64,000 nucleotides of DNA. Origin: an uncultured Bacilli bacterium. GTDB taxonomy: Bacteria > Bacillota_I > Bacilli_A > RF39 > UBA660. Where the stretch lies: assembly GCA_934155005.1 (NCBI GenBank), contig CAKPGR010000001.1, positions 18,054 to 82,053 of the forward strand, written 5' to 3'. Each line of letters opens with the position of its first letter. Position 1 is the stretch's first letter. Under the pieces are notes generated by a model. It saw nothing but the letters and a program-made list of their open reading frames with translations, did no database searches and was not told the origin of the DNA. Shown in pieces: positions 40,367 to 50,408 of this stretch. The position numbers and the translations under genes were made by a program.

Positions 40367-40395
40367 TAGGGGGAAAATAAAAAATTAATAACTTT

Positions 40396-40500
40396 TTTTC
40401 CACATAGAAAAATTGATATTAATACTTAAAAAATAACAAAATTTAAAGTTATGCACTTTTTCCACTTCTATAATAATAATAAAATATAATAAATAATAAA
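40396..40500 (+). promoter_or_regulatory. oriC downstream element: two DnaA boxes followed by TAA trios and an AT-rich putative unwinding element
   Basis: TTTTCCACA at 40396-40404 and TTTTCCACT at 40458-40466. The second box is followed by TA-TAA-TAA-TAA-TAA and then nearly pure A/T up to the dnaN RBS. Confidence 0.6.
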
Positions 40501-40516
40501 AATAGGAGGTTATTTT

Positions 40517-41635
40517 ATGAATTTTGAAATTAAACAAGATATTTTAGTAGAAAATTTAAATTATGTAATAAGGGGTATATCTAATAAAAATATAATACCA
40601 ATACTAAATTGTATAAAATTTGAATTAACAAATGAAGGTTTATATATGTTAAGTACTGATAATGAAAGTGCTATAAAAACCTTTATTTCCCATGACAAAA
40701 TAGATAAAATTAATAATTTAGGAGAATTTGTTATTTCTGGGAAATATATTTATGAAATAGTAAAAAAATTACCAAACGAATTAATTAAAATAGAAGAAAT
40801 AATTGATAATAAAATTAATATATCCACACCAAATTCTTCTTTTAATTTAAATTGTAATAATATTAATGAATTTCCAGAGTTAGATTTAAATGATAGTAAG
40901 ACTCCAATATTATTAACTCATAAACAATTAAAAACAATGATTAAACAAACGTCATTTGCAGCTTCAACACAAGAAAATAGGCCAGAATTTACAGGAATTA
41001 ATTTTAAAATAGAAAATCAAATTTTAGAATGTACAGCAACTGACTCTTATAGATTAGCTAAGAAAAAAATTAAAATAAATGAAAAAATGGATGATTTAAT
41101 TAATATAATAGTTCCAACTAGAAATTTAAATGAATTAGAAAAAATGTTGAATGAAACTGATAATATAGTTGAAGTTCATATATTTAATAATAAAATTATT
41201 TTTAAATTTAATGATATTTTAGTAATGAGTAGGCTAATAAATGGTACGTATCCAGATACTAATAAGTTGATACCAACAGATTTTAAAATTATTTTAGATA
41301 CTAATTTATTAGATTTTTATCAAGCAATTGATAGAGCATCATTATTAACTAGTGAATTTGATAAAAATACAATTAAATTAGATTATTCTAACAATATTGT
41401 AGAATTGTCTTCTAATATTCCTGAAATAGGACATGTAGAAGAAAAAATTCATGTACAAAGTAACAATGATGAAACAATCAAATTAGCATTTTCTTCAAGA
41501 TATATGATGGAAGCATTAAAATCTTTTGATAGTATTAATGTTAATATTAAGTTTAATGGAGAAGAAAAACCAATTATTATAAGTGAAAATGATGAAGATG
41601 TAATTCAATTAATTTTACCTATAAAAACATATTAA
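40517..41635 (+). CDS. dnaN: DNA polymerase III beta sliding clamp
   Basis: 372 aa with a three-domain clamp pattern (...ATDSYRLA..., ...MSRLINGTYPD...). It follows dnaA. Confidence 0.95.
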   Translation: MNFEIKQDILVENLNYVIRGISNKNIIPILNCIKFELTNEGLYMLSTDNESAIKTFISHDKIDKINNLGEFVISGKYIYEIVKKLPNELIKIEEIIDNKINISTPNSSFNLNCNNINEFPELDLNDSKTPILLTHKQLKTMIKQTSFAASTQENRPEFTGINFKIENQILECTATDSYRLAKKKIKINEKMDDLINIIVPTRNLNELEKMLNETDNIVEVHIFNNKIIFKFNDILVMSRLINGTYPDTNKLIPTDFKIILDTNLLDFYQAIDRASLLTSEFDKNTIKLDYSNNIVELSSNIPEIGHVEEKIHVQSNNDETIKLAFSSRYMMEALKSFDSINVNIKFNGEEKPIIISENDEDVIQLILPIKTY

Positions 41636-41642
41636 AAATTTA

Positions 41643-41668
41643 ATCACACCTTTAAGGTGTGATTTTTA
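41643..41668 (+). terminator. dnaN terminator
   Basis: ATCACACC-TTTA-AGGTGTGAT followed by TTTTT. Confidence 0.7.
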
Positions 41669-41772
41669 TATACAAATATATTAAAAAATTTTCTTATTTT
41701 CCAAAATTCATCATTTTTAGACATGTTTATATATTAAAGTAGAAAACATTAATTTTTAAGGAGGATAATATT

Positions 41773-42219
41773 ATGAATGAATATGAAATTAATAAAAATA
41801 CTTTAGCTATTATTCCAGTAAATCCAGATAAAACAAAAATAATTGAGATTGATAATGAATTTATGATTAATAATTCATCATTTAAAATTATTGATCATAG
41901 TTGTAGATTTTTTGGAAGTTCCTATAAAGGTAGAAAAATTGGTTCTTTTGAAATAATAGGTAGTAATTATAAGGTTCCTATTATAATTGAAGAAACTTTA
42001 AATATTATTTTTTTTCCTTTAACAGGAATTTATAAAGATACAATTTGGATTTCATTAGATCAAATAAAAAATTATAAAAGGAATAATAGTGGAAGTAAAA
42101 TTATTTTTAAAAATGATTATGAAATAAATTTAGATATTTCTTATGGATCATTAGAAAATCAAATTTTAAGAGCAAGTTTACTTGATTCAACATTAAGAAA
42201 AAGAAGAAAAATGGTTTAA
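41773..42219 (+). CDS. ComK-family competence transcription factor homologue
   Basis: IIDHSCRFFGSSYKGRKIGSFEI, KVPIII, IIFFPL and ISYGSLENQILRASLL align almost motif-for-motif with B. subtilis ComK (IVDRSCRFFGSSYAGRKAGTYEV, KPPIMV, IFLFPT, ISYNSFENQVYRTAWL). Confidence 0.85.
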   Translation: MNEYEINKNTLAIIPVNPDKTKIIEIDNEFMINNSSFKIIDHSCRFFGSSYKGRKIGSFEIIGSNYKVPIIIEETLNIIFFPLTGIYKDTIWISLDQIKNYKRNNSGSKIIFKNDYEINLDISYGSLENQILRASLLDSTLRKRRKMV

Positions 42220-42328
42220 ACTTCTTTTTTTTATTTATATTTGTGGTATAATTATAAGTAGGTACAGGTGTACAATAAATGACTGTTTTTTGTTAAAATA
42301 GGCTTAAAAATAGAAAACTGAGGTGTTT

Positions 42329-43441
42329 ATGTATTTAAAATGTATTGAAATTGAAAATTTTCGTAATTATTCTAAATTAAAAATATCTTTCAAAAAAGGA
42401 ATAAATATAATCTATGGAGAAAATGGACAAGGTAAAACAAATTTACTTGAAAGTATTTATTTTTTAGCCATGACTAAGTCATATCGTTCTTATATTGATA
42501 GTAATTTAATAAAAGATAACGAAAATTATTTTAAATTAAAAGGACAATTATATACTGATAATATAAAAACAAATCTTGAAATAAAATATTCTAATAAAGA
42601 AAAAATTATTAAAAAAGATAATAATAAAATTTTAAAGTTAAATGATTATATTTCAAATATGAATATAATTATTTTTTGTCCAGATGATTTAAATTTAATT
42701 AAGGGTTATCCAAGTGATAGAAGAAAATATTTAAATTTAGAAATTAGTCAATTGAATAGTGATTATTTAAGTGTTGTAAATGATTATTCTAAATTATTAA
42801 AAATGCGTAATGATTACTTGAAAAATCAATATATAGATATAAATTATTTAAAAATTTTAACAGATTATTTAATAAAAAAAGCTATTATAATATATAGAAT
42901 GCGAAAAAAATATATTGATAGAATTAATGAAAATATAGAGAGTATTTACTTTAATTTATCAAATATAAATGGATTTTTCTTAAAATATAATGATATGTTA
43001 AATACTGATAATTATAGTTATGAAAATATAGAAAGAATTTTAAATGAAAAATTTAAAGAAAATTATGAAAAAGAATTAATTTTAAAAAAAACTTTATTTG
43101 GACCACAACATGATGATATAGAATTTAAAATTAATGAATTTAATATTAAAACATATGGTTCTCAGGGACAACAAAGAATGGCAATTTTAGCTATTAAATT
43201 AGCAGAATTAGAAATAATAAAAAAATATAAAAATCATTATCCTATTTTATTATTAGATGATGTTTTTAGTGAACTTGATAAAAATAAAAAAAATAATTTA
43301 CTAAAATATGTTTATGATAATTCACAAGTAATAATAACAACAACTGATTTAAATAATATTGGTAAAAAAATAAAAGAACAGTCTAAATTAATAAAAATAA
43401 AAAATGGTTCATTAGAAAAAGTAACAGAGGTGATTAGATGA
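42329..43441 (+). CDS. recF: DNA replication and repair protein RecF
   Basis: Walker [10 protein letters not shown], signature GSQGQQR and [11 protein letters not shown]. The TGA stop overlaps the gyrB ATG. Confidence 0.95.
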   Translation: MYLKCIEIENFRNYSKLKISFKKGINIIYGENGQGKTNLLESIYFLAMTKSYRSYIDSNLIKDNENYFKLKGQLYTDNIKTNLEIKYSNKEKIIKKDNNKILKLNDYISNMNIIIFCPDDLNLIKGYPSDRRKYLNLEISQLNSDYLSVVNDYSKLLKMRNDYLKNQYIDINYLKILTDYLIKKAIIIYRMRKKYIDRINENIESIYFNLSNINGFFLKYNDMLNTDNYSYENIERILNEKFKENYEKELILKKTLFGPQHDDIEFKINEFNIKTYGSQGQQRMAILAIKLAELEIIKKYKNHYPILLLDDVFSELDKNKKNNLLKYVYDNSQVIITTTDLNNIGKKIKEQSKLIKIKNGSLEKVTEVIR

Positions 43442-45363
43442 AAAATGAATTAGAACATTATGATGCTAGCGATATTCAAGTATTGGAAGGATTAGAAGCT
43501 GTAAGAAAAAGACCTGGTATGTATATTGGAACAACAGATGTTAAGGGATTACATCATTTGGTATGGGAAATAGTTGATAATGCTATTGATGAAGCTTTAG
43601 CTGGTTATTGTAATAATATAGAAATAATTATTAATAAAGATAATTCTATAACAGTTAAAGATAATGGTCGTGGTATTCCTGTTGATATTCATAAAAAAAC
43701 AGGTATTTCTACAGTTGAAACTGTTTATACTGTGTTACATGCTGGTGGTAAATTTGGTGGAGGCGGATATAAAGTTTCCGGAGGTCTTCATGGTGTAGGT
43801 GCTAGTGTTGTAAACGCATTATCATCGAGTGTAACAGTTATAGTTTATAAAAATAGTAAAATTTATGAAGCTAAATTTGCTAATGGTGGAAAAATAGTTG
43901 AACATTTAACTGTAATTGGAGAATGTGAAGAAAATAGGACAGGAACAACAGTAACTTTTAAACCAGATGCATCTATTTTTGATACAGATATTTATAATTA
44001 TGATACATTACGTGTTAGAACAAGGGAACTAGCTTTTTTAAATAAAGGTTTAAAAATAACACTTAGGGATGATAGAGATGATGAAGATACAACAGGTGAA
44101 ACATTTCATTATGAAGGTGGAATTAGTGAGTATGTAAAATATTTAAATAAAAATAAAACACCAATTCATGAAGAAATAATTCATTTAGAAGGTGAAGAAC
44201 AAGGAATAATTTTTGAAGTTGCTTTACAATATAATGATGGTTATACAGAAAATATTTATTCATTTGTTAATAATATTAATACTCATGATGGAGGAACTCA
44301 TGAAGATGGTGTTAAAAGAGCATTAACTAGAATTTTAAATAATTATGCAAAAAATCATAAATTATTAAAAGATAAAGATGATTCTTTAACAGGTGATGAT
44401 GTAAAAGAAGGATTAACAATGATTGTTTCTTGTAAACATCCAAATCCACAATTTGAAGGTCAAACAAAAGGAAGACTTGGAAATTCAGAAGTTAGAAAAA
44501 TAGCTGATAATGTATTTAGTGAAGGATTTGAAAGATTTTTACTTGAAAATCCTAATATTGCTAAGACTATTATAGAAAAAGCAACAGTCGCTTCTCGTGC
44601 AAGACTTGCAGCAAAGAGAGCCCGTGAAGCAACTCGTAGAAAAACAGCACTAGATGGTTTTAATACAATAGGTAAACTTACAGATTGTACAAGTAAAGAT
44701 GCATCAATCTCAGAAATATTTATAGTCGAAGGAGATTCAGCAGGTGGATCAGCTAAGGACGCTAGAATTCCAAAAACACAAGCAATTTTACCTTTACGTG
44801 GAAAAATTTTAAATGTAGAGAAAGCAAGATTAGATAAAGCTTTATCTAATGAAGAAATAAGAACAATAATAACAGCATTTGGTACTGGAATAGGTGATGA
44901 GTTTGATATAAATAAATTAAGATATCATAAAATTGTCATTATGACAGATGCTGATGTAGATGGTTCACATATTAGAATACTTTTATTAACATTATTTTAT
45001 AGATTTTTTAGACCAATTGTTGAAGGTGGATATGTATATGCTGCTCAACCACCACTTTATAAAGTAATAACAGGAAAAAATTGTAAATATGTTTTAACAG
45101 ATGAAGAATTAGAAGAATATAGAAAAACATTAAGTCCTAATGCTAAACCTATAGTACAACGTTTTAAGGGATTAGGTGAAATGGATGCAATAGATCTACG
45201 TGAAACAACAATGCATATAAATAATAGGGTTTTAAAAAGGGTAACTGTTGATGATTTAGTAGAAGCAGATAAAATTTTTACAGAACTTATGGGTGATGAT
45301 GTATTACCTCGTAAATTATTTATTGAAGAAAATGCTAAATATGTAGAAAATTTAGATATATAG
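43438..45363 (+). CDS. gyrB: DNA gyrase subunit B
   Basis: GHKL ATPase, Toprim [20 protein letters not shown] and [12 protein letters not shown]. Confidence 0.98.
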   Translation: MKNELEHYDASDIQVLEGLEAVRKRPGMYIGTTDVKGLHHLVWEIVDNAIDEALAGYCNNIEIIINKDNSITVKDNGRGIPVDIHKKTGISTVETVYTVLHAGGKFGGGGYKVSGGLHGVGASVVNALSSSVTVIVYKNSKIYEAKFANGGKIVEHLTVIGECEENRTGTTVTFKPDASIFDTDIYNYDTLRVRTRELAFLNKGLKITLRDDRDDEDTTGETFHYEGGISEYVKYLNKNKTPIHEEIIHLEGEEQGIIFEVALQYNDGYTENIYSFVNNINTHDGGTHEDGVKRALTRILNNYAKNHKLLKDKDDSLTGDDVKEGLTMIVSCKHPNPQFEGQTKGRLGNSEVRKIADNVFSEGFERFLLENPNIAKTIIEKATVASRARLAAKRAREATRRKTALDGFNTIGKLTDCTSKDASISEIFIVEGDSAGGSAKDARIPKTQAILPLRGKILNVEKARLDKALSNEEIRTIITAFGTGIGDEFDINKLRYHKIVIMTDADVDGSHIRILLLTLFYRFFRPIVEGGYVYAAQPPLYKVITGKNCKYVLTDEELEEYRKTLSPNAKPIVQRFKGLGEMDAIDLRETTMHINNRVLKRVTVDDLVEADKIFTELMGDDVLPRKLFIEENAKYVENLDI

Positions 45364-45372
45364 GAGGATGTT

Positions 45373-47805
45373 ATGGATAGAATAGTTGAAAAAAATATAG
45401 TCCAAGAAGTAAAAGATTCTTTTTTGGAATATTCAATGAGTGTTATAGTAGCTCGTGCTATTCCTGATTTAAGAGATGGTTTAAAACCTGTACACAGAAG
45501 AATTTTATATTCAATGTATGAATCAGGATATACCTTTGATAAACCACATCGTAAAAGTGCTAGAATTGTTGGAGATGTTATGGGAAAATATCATCCACAC
45601 GGAGATTCTTCAATATATGATGCGATGGTACGTATGGCTCAACCATTTAGTTTTAGACATATGTTGATAGACGGACATGGTAATTTTGGAAATTTAGATG
45701 GTGATGGAGCTGCAGCTATGCGTTATACAGAAGCCCGTTTATCTAAATTATCATTAGAAATGGTTAGAGATATTAATAAAAATACAGTTAATTTTATTCC
45801 AAACTTTGATGAAACAGAAAAAGAACCTCAAATTCTACCTAGTAGATTTCCTAATATTTTAGTAAATGGTTCAATGGGAATTGCTGTTGGTATGGCAACA
45901 AATATACCACCTCATAATTTAGGAGAAGTAATAGATGGTTGCGTAGCATATATTGACAATCCCGATATAGATACATTAGGTTTAATGGAATATATCAAGG
46001 GACCAGATTTTCCAACAGGAGCTACTATTTTAGGAAATAGTGGTATTAAGAAAGCTTATGAAACAGGAAAAGGTTCTATAACAATTCGTGGAAAAGTTGA
46101 AATAGAAGAAAATAATGGTCGATCAAGAATAATTGTAACAGAATTACCATATCAAGTTAATAAAAAGGAATTTCAAGAAAAAATTGGACAATTGGTTAGA
46201 GATAAAGTTATAGATGGTATAAGTGACCTACATGAAGAATCTAATTTAGAAAATCCAGTTAGAATTGTTATTTACTTAAAGAAAGAAGCAAATGCTAATG
46301 TTGTATTAAATAATCTTTATAAACATACACAATTGCAAACAAATTATGGTATTAATTTATTAGTTATAGATCAAAAAACTCCAAGAATTTTATCTTTAAA
46401 AGAAATTATTTCTAAATATATAGATCATCAAAAAGAAATTATAATTAGACGTACAAAATATGATTTAGAAAAAGCTGAAAATAGAGTTCATATTTTAGAA
46501 GGATTAAAAATAGCTTTGGATAATATAGATGATATTATTAAATTAATTAAAAGCTCAAAATCAGATGATGAGGCAAGAAATGGATTAATAAGTAATTTTA
46601 ATTTATCAGAAATTCAAGCTAATGCCATATTAGAAATGAAATTAAGAAGATTAACTGGATTGGAAAGAGAAAAAATTGAAAATGAATTAAAAGAATTATT
46701 AAATTTAATTGAAGAATTAAAATCAATTTTGGCAAGTAATGAAAAAGTTCTTCAAATAATTAAAAAGGAATTAGTTGAAATAAAAGAAAAACATGCCGAT
46801 GAAAGAAGAACTAATATAGATATGACAGCAATAGATTATATTGAAGATGAATCTTTAATTCCAGTAGAAGATGTATTAATTACACTAACTAATAATGGTT
46901 ATATTAAAAGGGTATTATCTGATACTTATAAAACTCAAAATAGAGGTGGAGTAGGTATAAAAGGAATGACTACTAACGAAGAAGATTATGTTAAAAATTT
47001 AATCTCAATGACTACACATGATTATATTTTATTCTTTACAAACAAAGGAAAAGTATATCGTATGAAAGGATACGAAATACCAGAATATAGTAGACAATCA
47101 AAAGGATTACCTATAATTAATTTACTTCCTATTGAAAAAGAAGAATTTGTAACTGCAATGGTTAGTATTGAAAAAGAAGAAAAAAATAAATATATTGTAT
47201 TTTGTACACAAAATGGTTTAATTAAAAGAACTAATATTAAAGAATTTGAAAATATAAGAAATAATGGAAAAATAGCTATTACTCTTAAAGAAGAAGATAA
47301 TTTAATATCAGTTCAAAAAACATCAGGAGAATCAGAAATATTAATAGGTTCTTCAAATGGAAGAATGATTAGATTTAATGAATCAGAAATTAGAATTATG
47401 GGTAGAACAGCATCAGGAGTTAAAGGAATAGATGTTGGAGATGGAAAATGTGTTGGTTGTGAAATTTCAAATATAAATCAACAAGTATTAGTTGTAACAG
47501 AAAATGGATATGGTAAAAAAACTAACATAGAAGAATATAGAAAAACTCATCGTGGTAGTAAAGGTGTTAAGGCATTAAATATTACTGAAAAAAATGGAAA
47601 TATAGTTTCATTTAAAATGGTTGAAGGTAAAGAAGATTTATTAATTATTACAACAAGTGGAATTATTATAAGATTATCAATAGCTCAAATTTCACAAACA
47701 GGTCGTGTTGCACAAGGTGTTAAATTAATTAATTTAAAAGAACACCAAAAAGTAAGTAATATATCATTAGTTGATCATGAAGTAGAAGAAAGTAGTGACA
47801 ATTAA
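45373..47805 (+). CDS. gyrA: DNA gyrase subunit A
   Basis: Active-site [10 protein letters not shown], the QRDR-like [14 protein letters not shown], and the C-terminal beta-pinwheel with a GyrA box. Confidence 0.98.
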   Translation: MDRIVEKNIVQEVKDSFLEYSMSVIVARAIPDLRDGLKPVHRRILYSMYESGYTFDKPHRKSARIVGDVMGKYHPHGDSSIYDAMVRMAQPFSFRHMLIDGHGNFGNLDGDGAAAMRYTEARLSKLSLEMVRDINKNTVNFIPNFDETEKEPQILPSRFPNILVNGSMGIAVGMATNIPPHNLGEVIDGCVAYIDNPDIDTLGLMEYIKGPDFPTGATILGNSGIKKAYETGKGSITIRGKVEIEENNGRSRIIVTELPYQVNKKEFQEKIGQLVRDKVIDGISDLHEESNLENPVRIVIYLKKEANANVVLNNLYKHTQLQTNYGINLLVIDQKTPRILSLKEIISKYIDHQKEIIIRRTKYDLEKAENRVHILEGLKIALDNIDDIIKLIKSSKSDDEARNGLISNFNLSEIQANAILEMKLRRLTGLEREKIENELKELLNLIEELKSILASNEKVLQIIKKELVEIKEKHADERRTNIDMTAIDYIEDESLIPVEDVLITLTNNGYIKRVLSDTYKTQNRGGVGIKGMTTNEEDYVKNLISMTTHDYILFFTNKGKVYRMKGYEIPEYSRQSKGLPIINLLPIEKEEFVTAMVSIEKEEKNKYIVFCTQNGLIKRTNIKEFENIRNNGKIAITLKEEDNLISVQKTSGESEILIGSSNGRMIRFNESEIRIMGRTASGVKGIDVGDGKCVGCEISNINQQVLVVTENGYGKKTNIEEYRKTHRGSKGVKALNITEKNGNIVSFKMVEGKEDLLIITTSGIIIRLSIAQISQTGRVAQGVKLINLKEHQKVSNISLVDHEVEESSDN

Positions 47806-47810
47806 TTTGA

Positions 47811-47838
47811 ATACAATGTTTCACGTGAAACATTGTAT
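47811..47838. promoter_or_regulatory. parS site 1 (perfect TGTTTCACGTGAAACA within a 28-bp palindrome); it probably also acts as the gyrA terminator
   Basis: ATACAATGTTTCACGTGAAACATTGTAT followed by TTTTTT. The 16-mer core is at 47817-47832. Confidence 0.8.
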
Positions 47839-47925
47839 TTTTTATTAAAATTGAATTTATAATATAAAAATAAAAATTTTTATAAAAAATATTATATATT
47901 ATATAAATTATTTATATTCAATATG

Positions 47926-47955
47926 AAAATAATGTTTCACGTGAAACATTATTTT
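47926..47955. promoter_or_regulatory. parS site 2 (perfect core within a 30-bp palindrome)
   Basis: AAAATAATGTTTCACGTGAAACATTATTTT. The core is at 47933-47948. Confidence 0.8.
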
Positions 47956-48050
47956 TTAATTATTAAAAAAATAGTATTAATAGTAATTAGTTTTATTTAA
48001 ATAATATAAATAATTTTAGTAGATAAAAAAACATATTATTCAATTTATTC

Positions 48051-48070
48051 AATGTTTCACGTGAAACATT
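48051..48070. promoter_or_regulatory. parS site 3 (perfect core within a 20-bp palindrome)
   Basis: AATGTTTCACGTGAAACATT. The core is at 48053-48068. Confidence 0.8.
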
Positions 48071-48078
48071 AGATATTC

Positions 48079-48107
48079 TTGAAAAATAAAAATAAATAAT
48101 GTATTAT
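48079..48107 (+). promoter_or_regulatory. promoter of the SRP RNA gene (TTGAAA-N17-TATTAT)
   Basis: The -35 is at 48079-48084 and the -10 at 48102-48107. A G six to seven nt downstream coincides with the 5' end of the predicted SRP RNA helix. Confidence 0.55.
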
Positions 48108-48113
48108 TTAATA

Positions 48114-48194
48114 GGTACAACATTTATATTCGAACTAGGTCAGGACTGGAAAGTAGCAGCCTTAAGATTCACTAAATGTGTGTACTATTTTTTT
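48114..48194 (+). ncRNA. ffs: signal recognition particle RNA, minimal 4.5S-like form (about 80 nt)
   Basis: GGTCAGGACTGGAAAGTAGCAGCC matches the conserved domain IV (GGUCAGGUCCGGAAGGAAGCAGCC) with its GGAA tetraloop. The closing helix is GTACAACATTTA / TAAATGTGTGTAC, and a T7 run follows. Its position near tadA/dnaX matches Bacillus scr. Confidence 0.8.
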
Positions 48195-48205
48195 ATGGTG
48201 ATAAT

Positions 48206-48637
48206 ATGAATGAAAAATACATGAGTTTAGCTTTAAAAGAAGCAAAAAAAGCATCAATGAATGGTGATATTCCAGTTGGATGTGTAATTATAAAAAATGA
48301 TAAAGTAATAGCAAAGTCATATAATAAAAAGGAAAAACATAATAATGCTATTAAACATGCTGAAATTGATGCTATAAGTAAAGCATGTAGAAAATTAAAA
48401 ACATGGCATTTAGATGATTGTATTTTATATACAACAATGGAACCGTGTACTATGTGTACAGGAGCCATAATTCAATCTAGAATTAAAAAAATATATTTTT
48501 CATTATCTAATGAATCATTTGGATATTTAAAAACATATTGTAAAATAAATAAAACTAAAATTATTTATGAAGAAGGCTTATTTAATAAAGAAGTAAAACA
48601 ATTACTAAAACAATTTTTTACAAATATAAGAAGATAA
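48206..48637 (+). CDS. tadA: tRNA-specific adenosine deaminase TadA
   Basis: HAEIDAI and PCTMCTGAI zinc motifs. Start moved to ATG 48206 because the track start lies inside the SRP RNA. Confidence 0.9.
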   Translation: MNEKYMSLALKEAKKASMNGDIPVGCVIIKNDKVIAKSYNKKEKHNNAIKHAEIDAISKACRKLKTWHLDDCILYTTMEPCTMCTGAIIQSRIKKIYFSLSNESFGYLKTYCKINKTKIIYEEGLFNKEVKQLLKQFFTNIRR

Positions 48638-48652
48638 TTATCTTCTTTTTTA
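48628..48652 (+). terminator. tadA terminator
   Basis: AAGAAGATAA/TTATCTTCTT palindrome followed by TTTT; it overlaps the stop codon. Confidence 0.6.
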
Positions 48653-48696
48653 ATTAAATATTATGATATAATTGTTATGTAATAAGAGGTGATAGA

Positions 48697-50115
48697 ATGT
48701 ATCAATCATTGTATAGAAAATATAGACCAACTAATTTTGATGAAGTTGTAGGACAAAAAGTAGTTGTACAAATTTTAAAAAATTCTATATTAAATAATAC
48801 TATATCACATGCTTATTTATTTTCTGGACCAAGAGGTACAGGAAAAACAAGTATAGCTAAAATATTATCAAAAATAGTAAATTGTACAAATCTTAACGGA
48901 ACAACACCATGTGAAGAATGTGTAAATTGTACATTATTTAATAATAAACAATCTACTGATATTATTGAAATAGATGCAGCGTCTAATAATGGTGTTGATG
49001 AAATTAGGGAATTAAAAAATAAAATTAATTTAGTGCCTTCTAATGGAAAATATAAAATTTATATTATAGATGAAGTCCATATGCTATCTACAGGTGCATT
49101 TAATGCTTTATTAAAAACATTAGAAGAACCACCATCACATATAATATTTATTTTAGCTACAACTGATTTACATAAAATTCCAGCAACAATATTGTCAAGA
49201 TGTCAACACTTAGAATTTAAAAAATTATCAAATGAATTTATAATTGAAAAATTAAAATATGTTATAAAACAAGAAAATATAAAAATAGATAATGATGATG
49301 TTTTAAGACAAATTGCTATTATTTCAGATGGTGGAATGAGAGATGCTCTTGGACTACTAGAAGAAGTAATATCATATTCTGATCATATAACAATAGAAGA
49401 TATTCATGAAATAAATGGAACTATAACTGATGATACAATTCAATTATTTTTAAATTATATAGAAACTTCTAAAACAGAAGAAATATTTAGTTTAATAGAA
49501 AATTTTAATAATAGTGGTAAAGATTTCTATAAAATTACAGAGCAAATAATAAATTTTATAAAAAATAAATTAATAGCTGAATTGAAACAAAAAAATAAAT
49601 CTAGTACTACATTATATGATTATGTTAATTATTTTAACGAGTCATTATTAAAAATGAAAAATAATTCAAATTATAAAATAATATTTGAATTAACAATAAT
49701 AGGTTTATTAAATTTAAATACTAAACCTACTTTAGATGAAAATACTAACAAATTAAAAAATATTAGAATAAATAATACTTTGTGTAAATTTAACAAAAAA
49801 GAATTTTTGAATTTTAAAGAAGAATTATTAAAATATAAGAATAATATTAAATCAGACTATGAACAATTAATATATGATGGTGAAATAAAAGCTTTTGGTA
49901 ATAATAATTTTATTATAATGTATAAAAGTAGAAATCAAGCAGAACAGTTTAATTCAAATTATAAAATAATAGATACAAAAATAAAAAGTATAATGAAAGA
50001 AGATATAAAAGGAATCGCTGTTGATGAAATAGAATGGAATAAAATAAAAGAAGAATTTAATAATAAAACAAAAACATATATTTATATGGATGAAAAAAAG
50101 GAGATGCAAAAATGA
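48697..50115 (+). CDS. dnaX: DNA polymerase III subunit tau/gamma
   Basis: GPRGTGKTS, the zinc module CEECVNC, IIDEVHML and SRCQ. Confidence 0.93.
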   Translation: MYQSLYRKYRPTNFDEVVGQKVVVQILKNSILNNTISHAYLFSGPRGTGKTSIAKILSKIVNCTNLNGTTPCEECVNCTLFNNKQSTDIIEIDAASNNGVDEIRELKNKINLVPSNGKYKIYIIDEVHMLSTGAFNALLKTLEEPPSHIIFILATTDLHKIPATILSRCQHLEFKKLSNEFIIEKLKYVIKQENIKIDNDDVLRQIAIISDGGMRDALGLLEEVISYSDHITIEDIHEINGTITDDTIQLFLNYIETSKTEEIFSLIENFNNSGKDFYKITEQIINFIKNKLIAELKQKNKSSTTLYDYVNYFNESLLKMKNNSNYKIIFELTIIGLLNLNTKPTLDENTNKLKNIRINNTLCKFNKKEFLNFKEELLKYKNNIKSDYEQLIYDGEIKAFGNNNFIIMYKSRNQAEQFNSNYKIIDTKIKSIMKEDIKGIAVDEIEWNKIKEEFNNKTKTYIYMDEKKEMQK

Positions 50116-50408
50116 ATATACAAGCAATGATGAAACAAGCACAAGCTTTACAAAAAAATATGATGAAAGAAAAAGAAGAAATAGATAATAAAACATATAG
50201 TGGAAAATCTTCATTTGTAGAAGTAGAAGTAAAAGGAAATAAACAAATAGAAAAAATTAAAATTAATAAAGATAAAATAGAAGAAGATGAAGTAGAATTA
50301 GTTGAAGATTTACTTTGTGTAGCTTTAAATGATGCAATGAAAAAAATAGATGAAGAGACAAATTCAAAATTAGGAAAATATACAAAAGGAATGCCAGGTT
50401 TATTTTAA
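50112..50408 (+). CDS. ybaB: YbaB/EbfC-family nucleoid-associated protein
   Basis: MNIQAMMKQAQALQKNM... at 98 aa, between dnaX and recR. Confidence 0.9.
   Translation: MNIQAMMKQAQALQKNMMKEKEEIDNKTYSGKSSFVEVEVKGNKQIEKIKINKDKIEEDEVELVEDLLCVALNDAMKKIDEETNSKLGKYTKGMPGLF

Noticed and set aside
47811-48070. I considered whether the three repeated palindromes are a CRISPR array, a REP/BIME-type element or IS terminal inverted repeats.
   Set aside because: There are only three copies. Each is perfectly self-complementary and they are spaced about 90 bp apart by dissimilar A/T-rich DNA. No cas or transposase genes are present. The core is an exact match to the known parS consensus, which explains them better.
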